From Cyanophora paradoxa CCMP329 (Eukaryota; Plantae; Glaucophyta), in contig QPMI01000178.1 of assembly GCA_004431415.1 (NCBI GenBank), positions 118,214 to 182,213 of the forward strand: DNA of 64,000 bases, read 5' to 3'. This document shows positions 50,101-60,800 of this stretch, piece by piece. The notes beneath the pieces are model-generated. The model had not been told where the DNA came from. It did no database searches and saw only the letters and a list, made by a program, of their open reading frames with translations. The stretch's first letter is position 1. Each line of letters starts with the position of its first letter. Made by a program: the position numbers and the translations under genes.

Positions 50101-52304
50101 AGTAGGCAATCTGCTATTTCCCTTGGATTATATGTAGAGAAATCTTGGGATCCTCTCTCGAACTGATTTCCACTTAGGTGTATCTCTTTACCTACACTCA
50201 ATGTATCATTGACTGTCAGATTACCTGTTATGGTTCCACCTGTGAGGGGAAGGTAGTTACCTAACCAAGATTGGACAGTTGAAACTGCCGCCAAAGGAAG
50301 CAAAGCCGTAGCTAATTCGGTTCCATCTATGTAATTCTTGTTTTCTAAATAATCCTCTGTGACCACTCGTGATATTGTTTCGTTGTGTATGTTTTTTGCT
50401 GCTGCTCTCTGATTGATTTCCAAGACCCCTTGCTTATCAACATCATTATAATTGGTTTTAATCCACCCTATCTCACATTGCTTATAATCGTCTCGATCTC
50501 CAATTAAATCATCAGGTAAGAGCCGATCTCGACTAAATATTAACTTTGGTCTTGATCCATCAAGAGCGCTTACATCAGTAACGTTAATTTGGATTGCTGC
50601 ATCTTTGTCTACAAAATTAATTGGATCGGCTGGAAGAGATGGGATAGGTGGTAATGTAACTGTCATCGGGATGTCATCTGGGTAGTAACTTGTTAGATAG
50701 ATGCCCGGTTTATTCTGCATTACTCCAATACCTCCACCTGCTGCAACTAAATTAACTCGTGTAGGTGGTCTGATATATAATTCGCCTTCCATTGTGGTGC
50801 CTGCATTTATTCCGTGACGATTGACGTAATACGTATCTAACATTAATCTTTCCTCTGTGTCTATATTCTTATAGAGACTCACACCATGTAGCCCATCATT
50901 GACAGCATCACCTGCTGATGCGAATGTAGGTTGCTGGTCGATTTGGTTCCAATTGTGTCTATGTGGTGCTGGTGGAAACTCTTCTGGTGCATCGATTTGA
51001 TCCCAAGTGTGTCTATGGTCTTCTGGTGGAAATTCTTCTGGTATTCCATCGATATCCTCCCAATCGTGTCTATGATCCACAGGTGGGAATCTATCAGGTT
51101 TGTTCTCTATTTCGTCCCAATCGTGAGCATGGGGATCAGGTGGATATGTTTGGGGTTTATTTCGGATGTCCTCCCAATCAACAATGAAATCAAATAGATC
51201 GGGTGCGAATCCATCAGGTAAAAGCTGTTCATCATATGGTTCGTAGCGATCGTATGTTATAAGGTTTGGATCGAAACCATCAGGTAACTCATTATCTTCT
51301 TCGAATCGTCGATCTTCAAGAGGTATAACGTTCACATCTGGTGCAAGAAGCTCTTCTGTTGGTGGTTGATACACTGTAAATACTGGTTTGTTTCGAACTT
51401 TTTCCCAACTCACGATATGTTGCCCAAATGCAACGTTCTCTTCTGCTGTATACTCTCTTCCTGGTTGCTTCTTTGGTGTAAGATCTGGCGGATCCCATGG
51501 TAGAGGAAACGGAACCGGAACAGGTCCGTAATGTTCGAATATTTCTCTGATAGTTTTCTCGCTTACAAGTTTCTCACCGTTTGCATACACGTTGCTACCG
51601 TGAATATTTCGCCACTGTCGGGTTCTAATACCAAGGTCTTTGGTATTTGTTTTCAAAGGTAGTAAATGCCTATCCATTTCGACAAGGTCGGGGTGTAAAT
51701 GAATGGCTACTGGTTGACTGGGGCTACTATCGACCGTGATTGAATCTTTTTCTTTGGAAGTATCCTGTGGAAGAGTGAAACCAAACAGTGCATTAGTTTC
51801 TGCATTTTCGACGATGTCCTTCGGATAAATACTGTTGGTGTGGCGAATCTGATTCTCTTCGCCATGTGGGGCTACCTGTAAAATCTGGGGAATTTGTGCA
51901 ATCGTATTTGATCCTTCATTATAAATTCTCAAACCGCTACGATGAACTCCCTTCTCATCCTGGACGTTGAAAACCAAACGTCCGCTATCGAATCGTGTGG
52001 GAATATCGGGATGCGTTCCACTGGTTTTAAGTTTCCGTGGTCTCCTTCTGGTTGCCTTGATCTCTGCAACAGCGTTTTTTTTAACATTGCCCAAACTGAA
52101 AGCAATGCTAACATCTTCTTTATCAGGATCCGTTTGGTTCACCGATAAAGCATGAACCCGGGGATGAGTTTTCGAGGGTTTATCCGCGCTCTGATCAATA
52201 GAAGCCGACCCTTTAATGGTGATATTATCAAAGTTCACATGTTTTGGGTTCCCTTTACCACCACCTGATACTGTCTGTAAATTTGCTGGATAATTGAAAC
52301 TCAT
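44166..52304 (-). CDS. Giant virion fibre/adhesin (~2,713 aa reconstructed): His-x-His tail-fibre repeats, three LamG-like modules, C-terminal H-type-lectin-like domain; split into 3 ORFs by three 1-nt deletions
   Basis: Repeats WADITDKPLTFAPAAHTH and HTKSQITDFAH; YLPLTGGT; LamG-end motifs ELLCYGRTLSDTELQNIRWYLQQKYG, ELLVFNRALTEIEKQQVRYYIQQMYG, EYIIFNRALTFDERQKVRYYMQDYFG. Frameshifts at ~46730, ~45645 and ~45627. Confidence 0.85.
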
Positions 52305-52352
52305 CCTGCTTGCTCTACTTATACAGATTTATTAAATTTAAGATAAGTAAAG

Positions 52353-52820
52353 ATGCCCCTAAAAGTCGTATTATCTTTGTCCGGAGGTGGCGCTCGTGGT
52401 ATCATCATAACAAGATTGCTAAAAGAGATCGAAACAAGAACCGGTAAACGCGTGATCGATCTTGTAGATCTCGTAAGTGGAACATCCACAGGCGGTATTA
52501 TTGCAATCGGTCTCAATGTGAAAAACCCCGAATTTCCAAATGAACCTAAACTAACTGCAACCGACCTTCACGATACTTACCTCTATCATCTCCCTCTGAT
52601 CTTTGCGAATCCACGAAACATCATAGAGAATGCCCTTTTTAATACGAAATACGACGTAACACCATTAGAGACCGCCATTCTCTTTGTGACTGGGGAAGCT
52701 CTCATAAAAGATTCCCTGAAAGACGTGGTGATTACGACGTTCGACACTGTAAGCATGAAACCCATTTTTATAGCAAACGACAACGATTACAAGACCATAC
52801 CAAGTAAGATTGCAGCACGT
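52353..52820 (+). pseudogene. Patatin-like phospholipase, 3'-truncated
   Basis: VLSLSGGGARG and SGTSTGGIIA motifs are present. Similarity stops at KIAAR, before the expected SAAP and DGG motifs; the ORF then runs into a DNA repeat. Confidence 0.85.
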
Positions 52821-52854
52821 TTATATCTGCACTTTTGGAGTATTGCAATACTTG

Positions 52855-53193
52855 GTCGACAGAATCAGTCGATCGACAGAATCAGTCGATCGACTGATTC
52901 TGCGCCAGAATCGGTCGACCGATTCTGTCGAATTTTATCGACTGACTCTGCGACAGAATCGGTCGACAAAATCAGTCGATCGACCAACTCTGTCGATCGA
53001 CTGATTCTGCACCAGAATCGGTCGACCGATTCTGTCGAATTTTATCGACTGACTCTGCGACAGAATCGGTCGACAAAATCAGTCGATCGACCAACTCTGT
53101 CGATCGACTGATTCTGCGCCAGAATCGGTCGACCGATTCTGTCGAATTTTATCGACAGACTCTGCGACAGAATCGGTCGACAAAATCTGTCGA
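52855..53193. repeat. 107-bp tandem repeat (~3 copies) built of TCGA-centred palindromes
   Basis: Units start at 52885, 52992 and 53099. Each contains the 20-bp palindrome AGAATCGGTCGACCGATTCT and GTCGATCGAC. Confidence 0.9.
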
Positions 53194-53935
53194 TACTTGA
53201 TATATTAATATATATTGATATATCGCCAGGTTTGTCGATAAATTGATTAATATTCTTCATATTAAGATTATTGATTTGTATATTATCTTGTATAAATATT
53301 GAGCCAGTACTAGTGGAGGATCTCCGGGGGATCCAGCTGCAGGTCGCATGCACAGGCCTAGGTCAGCTACACTATAGCCTATATAGCTATATATAGGCCC
53401 TGACGGCCCATGACTAGCTATAGGCGGGCCAGAACACATGTACATCTGGCATTGGCTTTTTGCATCTATATAAATTAGTTGATCTGCAGGCCACCTATTT
53501 TCACATATCGTGCGGGCCGCCTAATTCATGATCTGCATGCACACACCTATGCATACATGCTGTCACATCGCAAATATGATCCCTACTCTGGCCTAGCCCT
53601 GCCTAGTCCTGCAAATATAAACCCTACCCTGGCCCCGGATGCAGCCGCACGCGCTCCAGCCCGACGCCGTCCGCTCGCGCGCGGCTTCAATTAGTCGTTC
53701 GTCCCTAGTTGCTAGGCAACAAAGGGCGAGTCAGAAGCTGGAGGATAACGGGTGAAGCGATGCGGCCCGCACCAGGTCGTTCTGCACCTCGCCGCCCTCG
53801 CTGCGCCATGCGCATCGCGGTGAGCGAGAGCTCGAATCGAATGGAAAGAGGCAACGCCGGCACGCAGGCGGCTATGCATGCGCACCTCGGCGAGGAGAGG
53901 AGAGGGAGAGGAGAGCACGAAAGCGGCTCTCCTAG

Positions 53936-54220
53936 GGCGCCCGGCAGCCCACGACCGCGACCGCGAGGGCGAGGGCGAGGGCGAAGAGCTCGCTGCGCTC
54001 GGATCGAAAGAAAAGAAGCATCCGCGCCGGCAAACGACCGCACCTCGGCCCGAGCGGCCGAAAGCATGATCTCCGAGGCGCCCGGCAGCCCGCGACCGCG
54101 ACCGCGAGGGCGAGGGCGAGGGCGAAGAGCTCGCTGCGCTCGGATCGAAAGAGAAGAAATATGCGCGACAGCAAACGACCGCACCTGCGCCCGAGCGGCC
54201 GCAAGCATGAACTCCGAGGC
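53936..54220. repeat. 141-bp direct tandem duplication
   Basis: GGCGCCCGGCAGCCC..GAGGGCGAGGGCGAGGGCGAAGAGCTCGCTGCGCTCGGATCGAAAG starts at 53936 and 54077. Confidence 0.85.
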
Positions 54221-55829
54221 CGATCCCAGCAGCCACGGGCCACACGTCCGGAAAGCGGCACGCACTGCGCTGCGCACGCCGCCGGCGTTACAACAAGATC
54301 AAAGGGCGAGCAGTGGAGACAAGAGCGAGCACCTGGCCTGCGGAAGAAGGCGCCGGGCGAACTGGGCGGTGGTGTTCTGCTCGCGGGGACCAGTCACGCC
54401 CGCTCCCTGGCCCGCCAGCGAAATGAGGGATTGAATCAAAGGAGAGGAAACGAAAAGCACCTTGCTTCGCCTCCGCAGCCGCCGCCTACGTTCCGCGCGT
54501 GCCTGTCAGCGGCAGAACGCCCACTGGCGACAGCCGCGGGAGGAATGGACAAAAAAGGCAACAAGGAGGTCGACAGCGATGCGTTCGCGAGCGTTCGCGG
54601 CCGCAACCGGGCGCCAGCCACCCTGAAGCAGCGCTCTGCGTTTGAAATCAGGCGGGCGACAGGCGGCGAGAGGCGCCAGAGGATGCAAGAGAGGACCTTC
54701 GAGCATCGTTCGCGCTGGAAGCCGACGAAGTTCGCTGCGGCGGCAGCAAGTCCGTTCGACCTGGTTTGAAAAGCGGAATCAGAGACGCGGGCAGCGCTGC
54801 GAGACCCCGGAGGAGCCAACGAACCGAGCCGCTGTGAGAGTGAAGCGCGTCCGCGCGGCAGCCTTCAGTCGAGGCTGCAGCTGCTGGCAGCAAGGCACTT
54901 GAAGGCACTTCAAGGCAGCAAGTTTGGGGTACACGACTGTTGGGAAAAGCCTTGTGAGGCCCACAGCGGCAGGGCCGCCGCGGCGGCCCGTGCCGCAGTA
55001 CAGCTTTTCAAGGCCACCTGAAGCGATTGCCAACGGCTCGACCTGGCCCTCGGTCCGGAGCGCCTCCCGCTGCGGCACCTTCGCGCGTGCTCGCAGCACG
55101 CAGCGCGAGGCAGCTACAAGCACGTGAGCTTGTAACCATGGGTCCAGCTCCCCCCGTAGCGTCGTCCCTGCGCCGCGCCGATCCACAGCTAGATCGACCG
55201 GGCCCGCAACCCCGCGCTGGGTGACTTCGCCGTGCTGGCCGGGTTCTTTGCGTGCCTTTCAGCTCACTTACATCCGCAGTATCTCTACCAGACAGCCCCG
55301 CGGTCGATTTGGAGGGTTGAGGTGCACGCCGGCCGGCGGAGCTCTCTCACATGTTTCGGTTCATAGCGCGTCCCTCTAAGATGCTCACGCAGTGCCTCTG
55401 ACTCTGGACTGGCCGGGCGCTGCGTGAGCGCGCGGACCGACGCAACCTCCCGATCGGCGGTCGCCTCGGGTGCGCCTGCCAAGCACAGCATTTGGCCAGC
55501 GACGCGCGAGCGCGTAGCTGACGAGGCCCAGATCGCCAGGATGGGTGAGCCGCCTCGGATCGTCGCAGTTTGGGAGACATTCTTCTACACTGCCTGGGTG
55601 AGCCGGCTGGGCCCGTTCGCGTCGCTGACGGGACGCGTACGCGTCGCTGACGGGGCGCGCCGGTAACACAGGATACCGGAAAACGCCGCGTGAAGCCCAG
55701 GGGCTGGGGTGCGGCGGGTGGCGACGCCGCTCGCGGGGCGGGGCGGATCCGGAGGCGCGGCAGGCGGCCGCGTGAATTCCAGGATAGGGCGGAGGCGCTT
55801 CCTGCGGCGCTGCAGCTCGCGGAGGCGGG

Positions 55830-57810
55830 CGGGCGGCCGAAGGCGCGGCGCGTGGCGGCGCGGCTCGCCGGGCGGGGCAGAGGCGCGGCGGGCGGCCGCA
55901 CGGCTCGCCAGGCGGGCCGGGGGCGCGGCGGGTGGCGTCGGCGGCTCGCCGGGCGGGGCGGAGGCGCGGCAGGCGGCGGAGGCAGCTTGCCGGGCCGGGC
56001 AGAGGCGCGGCGGGCGGCCGCGAGGCTCCGCTGGGCGGGGCGGAGGCGCGGCGGGCGGCGGCGAGGCTCGCCAGGTGGGCCGGGGCGCGGCGGGCGGCGG
56101 CGCGGCTCGCGGAGCGGGATGGATCCTCGCGGGCGGCGGCGAGGCCCGCCGGGCGGGGCAGACGCTCGGCGGGCGGCCGCGCGCCTCGCGGGCCGGGGCG
56201 GAGGCGCGGCGGGCGGCGGTGCGCCTCGCTGGGCGGGGCGGAGGCGTGGCGGGCGGCGGCGGCGGCTCGCGGGGCGGGATGGAGGCGCAGCAAGCGGCGT
56301 CGGCGGCTCGCCGGGCGGGGCGGAGGCGCGGCAGGCGGCGGAGGCAGCTCGCCGGGCCGGGCGGAGGCGCAGCGGGCGGCCGCGAGGCTCCGCTGGGCGG
56401 GGCGGAGGCGCGGCGGGCGGCGGAGGCGGCTCGCGGGGCGGGACGGAGGCGCGGCGGGCGGCGGAGGCGGCTCGCGGGGCGGGACGGAGGCGCGGCGGGC
56501 GGCGGCGGCGGCTCGCGGACCGGGGCAGACGCTCGGCGGGCGGCCGCGCGGCTCGCCTGGCGGGCCGGGGGCGCGGCGGGCGGCGGCGCGGCTCGCCGGG
56601 CGGGCCGGGGGCGCGGCGGGCGGCGGCGCGGCTCGCCGGGCGAGACTGTGGCGCGGCGGGCGGCGGCGAGGCTCGCCAGGTGGGCCGGGGGCGCGGCGGG
56701 CGGCGGCGCGGCTCGCGGAGCGGGATGGATCCTCGCGGGCGGCGGCGAGGCCCGCCGGGCGGGGCAGACGCTCGGCGGGCGGCCGCGCGCCTCGCGGGCC
56801 GGGCGGAGGCGCGGCGGGCGGCGGTGCGCCTCGCTGGGCGGGGCGGAGGCGTGGCGGGCGGCGGCGGCGGCTCGCGGGGCGGGATGGAGGCGCAGCAAGC
56901 GGCGTCGGCGGCTCGCCGGGCGGGCGGAGGCGCGGCAGGCGGCGGAGGCAGCTCGCCGGGCCGGGCGGAGGCGCAGCGGGCGGCCGCGAGGCTCCGCTGG
57001 GCGGGGCGGAGGCGCGGCGGGCGGCGGAGGCGGCTCGCGGGGCGGGACGGAGGCGCGGCGGGCGGCGGAGGCGGCTCGCGGGCGGGACGGAGGCGCGGCG
57101 GGCGGCGGCGCGGCTCGCGGACCGGGGCAGACGCTCGGCGGGCGGCCGCGCGGCTCGCCAGGCGGGCCGGGGGCGCGGCGGGCGGCGGCGCGGCTCGCCG
57201 GGCGGGCCGGGGCGCGGCGGGCGGCGGCGCGGCTCGCCGGGCGAGACTGTGGCGCGGCGGGCGGCCGCGAGGATTGCTGGGCGTGGCGGAGGCGCGGCGG
57301 GTCGCCGCGCGGCTCGCGGAGCGGGATGGATGCTCGCGGGCGGCGGCGAGGCTCGCCGGGCGGGGCAGACGCTCGGCGGGCGGCCGCGCGCCTCGCGGGC
57401 CGGGGCGGAGGCGCGGCGGGCGGCGGCGCAGCTCGCTGGGCGGGGCGGAGGCGTGGCGGGCGGCGGCGGCGGCTCGCGGGGCGGGATGGAGGCGCAGCAG
57501 GCGGCGTCGGCGGCTCGCCGGGCGGGGCCGAGGCGCGGCAGGCGGCGGAGGCAGCTCGCCGGGCCGGGCGGAGGCGGGGCGGGCGGCGCGCGGCTCGCTG
57601 GGCGGCCGGAGGGGCGGCGCGCTGCGGCGCGACTCGCCGGGAGGGCCAGAGGGGCGGCGGGCGGCGGTGCGCAGGCGCGGCGGCCGGCTGCGCGGCTCGC
57701 GGGGCAGGGCGGAGGAGTGGCGGGTGCCGGCGCGGCTCGCGGGGGCGGGGCGGAGGCGCGGCGTGCAGCGGCGCGGCCCGCCGGGCGGGGCGGAGGCGCG
57801 GCGGAGGCTC
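55830..57810. repeat. GC-rich satellite (~35-40-bp monomers) with a ~600-bp higher-order period
   Basis: The marker GGATGGAT(C/G)CTCGCGGG occurs at 56117, 56723 and 57324. The monomer is the reverse complement of the 11800-12320 family. Confidence 0.9.
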
Positions 57811-57871
57811 GTGGGGAAGCCTGCAGATGCTCGCTCTGTACCGTAGTACTCTTGCGTAGATCATCGGATAT

Positions 57872-60800
57872 GCACCCCGCCCATTTCGAGGGTGGGAATT
57901 CCGAATCTGAAGTTCTCGTCAGCTCGTCCGTTCTCATATGCTCAGCGCGGCGACTTCGCACTTCTTTGCACATGATCATGATCATGAGTCTCTAGCTGCC
58001 ATTAATAGAATACTGGGTTCCTGGCACATGTAAGCACCCGGAGATGATATCAGCGCCCCACTGTGTATCTGTAGAGTATTTGACGAGAAGCTCAGGGCTC
58101 CCGGGCATTGCGGCGGGGAAGAACGACTCCCTTATAGGGTTTCTCCCGAGATCAATTTTGAGAGCCGATTCCCAGTCCGCCCGTGCCTTTCCAGCTCAGA
58201 TGCCAACGGATACGAGTCATTTGATAGCGTGTTAGATAGGGCCTCAACGTGATTACCGGCTGCCGGGCTTCTATTCGCATTTCCTGGCGCGCGGGAAGGC
58301 CTCAAAATGCCCGCCAAAAATAATGGCGACTTGCCCTGCAAAATAATGCACGGCACGCTACGAGCTAGCTTGCGGCCTGCGCCGACCTCAAAATCAAATC
58401 CAGCACTGTCAAGAACCCCCGAAAGCGTCTCATCGCCCGGATGTAACTTGTCAGATAAGATGCTATCCTTGGTGATTTCTGTCCTCGAGGCCTCTTGTTT
58501 TATGATGAATTTGTGCTTGGCTGTGCTCCCGCCCCGTGTGCTGCACGCAGGATTGCCCCGAGGGGTGGTGGGGCTGTATTGGGAGCCGCGGTACGGCGCA
58601 ACGGGTACAGCGATACGACTGACTGGGGTACGTGATACGACGACGAGTGCGACTCAGGGAAAAACCCTACTGGCAACATCTCCCTCACTGGTGTGACCAC
58701 GTCCGCGTGGTCCAGAGCGGAAAATGTGTGACTGGACAGGGGACCAAACGATTGCGACGGAGGCCGGGAGGCCAGGCGCCTGGCAGTGAGCCCAGGGCCG
58801 AAACGACTGCAGTGAAAGACTGTGGGGTACGACTGTGAACGACTGTGGGGGTACGATCGCGAGTCCGGGAATCGATGTCCAAACAAGGGGTGCAAGTCCG
58901 CGAAGGGTACGTGAAGGAATCAAGCTAAGCGAGGGGTTTGTGAGGGACAAAAGAGGGGTACGGCTCTCAAAGTCCGCCCGAAAACAGAGGGGTACGCTGA
59001 GGGAACGAGGGGTACAGGGATCTCCCTCACTGGTAAGGCAAAAGCTACTGAGGGGGGGGTCTCCCTCACTGGTAAGAATGAAGCCACTACTGAACTGCAC
59101 GAGAAAGGACAGGGATGAGAAAGAACCCGCTATCCAGGGCAGCAGCGAGGCGCGAAGTCTGAAGAGGCCAAGCCACTGATGGGACCCTGGGGGCCATACA
59201 AGAGGCACCGGCACTTGCGTCCCACAGCAAGAGACCAGGCAGAAAATGATCATGAAAGAAAATGCTATAGCTAACCACCACCCCAAGGGTTATGCATAGG
59301 GCTACATTTGCAAAGAACTGAAAGAGCTGAAGCGATAGCGAAAGGGCTCCAACAAAGGCCTCGAGCTCGAAAAGGCTAGAGTGTTGAAAAGGAGCTCCGA
59401 CGAGGATGCAAGCTACAAAACGGCATCGAAAGCCTCATAGAAAGAAAGGAGGCGGTAATGTGGAGAGAGGCCAAGGGTGCGCCGGTGTCCGGTGCAAGGG
59501 GGGCCAGCGTGCGTGCATCCGGCGTCCGGAAGCCTAGAGAGCGGGGGCCGACGCCGTGGCTTGGACTTGACTCATCGATGATCATGATCGACGCCGATTG
59601 CAATTGCGAGCGGCCATGCCTGAGCAAGAAAGCAAGAGAAAACGGTCAAAAGTGTTCTTCGGGGGCGAGCCGTCACTCAGGCGGGAGGCTAGCAGCTCGG
59701 GACCAACGAGGTGACTCTCTTTGGGGTTCCAACGGGCCACAGCAGGCTATGCAACTCATCGGACGGGGCGACGCCTCACGGTTTGTGAACCGTGGCCAAC
59801 GGACAGCGATAACGGACAACGGCTCCGACTCGTCGGCACGTGGGCCCGACCGAGCGGCTAGTGATAGACTCTCTCATGTGTGACGCGTACGACAGCGACT
59901 GCCTCGGGCGGGGTTCCCTCTTAAGAGCGGCTCTCGCGGTCGGACTGCTAAAGCGACGAAAGGGCGCAAGAGAACTCATCTTCAACGTGATGATGTTGCT
60001 TGGATCTCCTCGATTCTCCTCCCTCCACCGTCGAAGTCCGCGCGCGGCCGCAGCCAGCTTCGTGCATGCACACGTCACGCGGCACGTGGCAAAGTCGACG
60101 TCGTCCACGGCGGGCTTCGCGTCGTCCAACGATGCCGAAGAGCTTGCAAAGTGCTACCGCAGTGCTACCGCAGTACGGAAGCGCGGTCGCCCTGCTGCGA
60201 ACTGGAGCGAATCGAACGCGCGGTGCGCGCACATCTGACGGGCGCGGGCCGGGGTTCCAGTGGCTTGGAATGCGACGAACGAGAAGCGAATTCGCAGTAC
60301 GAATTCGAGAAGCGGTCTTGGTCTTGGTCGGAAGGCAGGGCTCCTTCGAGCATGCAGATGAGGGAACGCGACTGGCAGCTCGCAGTACGAGCGCGTCGCA
60401 GGATCGATGTCGCAGTACGACAGTCCACGTAGACCGCAGGTTCACGCTCGCGGCCAACGGACGTGCGCGGCATGTCCGTCAGCTGGCGTGCGCTTGTCCC
60501 GGCGAGGATGTTTTATGATGAATTTGTGCTTGGCTGTGCTCCCGCCCCGTGTGCTGCACGCAGGATTGCCCCGAGGGGTGGTGGGGCTGTATTGGGAGCC
60601 GCGGTACGGCGCAACGGGTACAGCGATACGACTGACTGGGGTACGTGATACGACGACGAGTGCGACTCAGGGAAAAACCCTACTGGCAACACTCTTCGGG
60701 GGAAGTTGACAGTCTCGGAGAGCTCGCTTGACCTGACGCCGCTCCGTCATCTGGGTCCGCGACTGACTCCACATTTGCACCCCGCCCATTTCGAGGGTGG

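Larger units (their letters stand above)
40419..52820. mobile_element. Endogenous viral element: terminal fragment of a linear large dsDNA virus (Nucleocytoviricota-like)
   Basis: Abrupt switch to AT-rich, intronless, tightly packed ORFs. Hairpin and repeat terminus; fibre, patatin, AdoMetDC and Zn-ribbon genes. No capsid, polymerase or integrase in the window. Confidence 0.8.

Noticed and set aside
46004-50300. Diversity-generating retroelement acting on the lectin modules
   Set aside because: No reverse transcriptase and no template/variable repeat pair with adenine-specific differences.
40419-52820. Polinton/virophage or bacterial prophage
   Set aside because: No integrase, pPolB, capsid, packaging ATPase, TSD, paired TIRs or consistent Shine-Dalgarno motifs were seen. 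A hairpin end plus patatin and SpeD fits an NCLDV-like end better, although the taxonomy remains unproven.
52821-53111. C-terminal extension of the 252-aa patatin ORF
   Set aside because: It is read-through into the 107-bp DNA repeat and lacks the SAAP and DGG motifs.
53195-53300. AT tract as a second hairpin terminus
   Set aside because: No copy of the 28-bp arm and no convincing alignment to 40447-40683; only the composition is similar.
55385-57995. 700-870-aa ORFs in several frames (also 11737-12760)
   Set aside because: These are artefacts of stop-free GC satellite; the translations are low-complexity R/A/P/G.
59087-59370. env-like hydrophobic ORF inside the LTR element
   Set aside because: It is short, has no clear start and no recognisable motif, so it cannot be supported.
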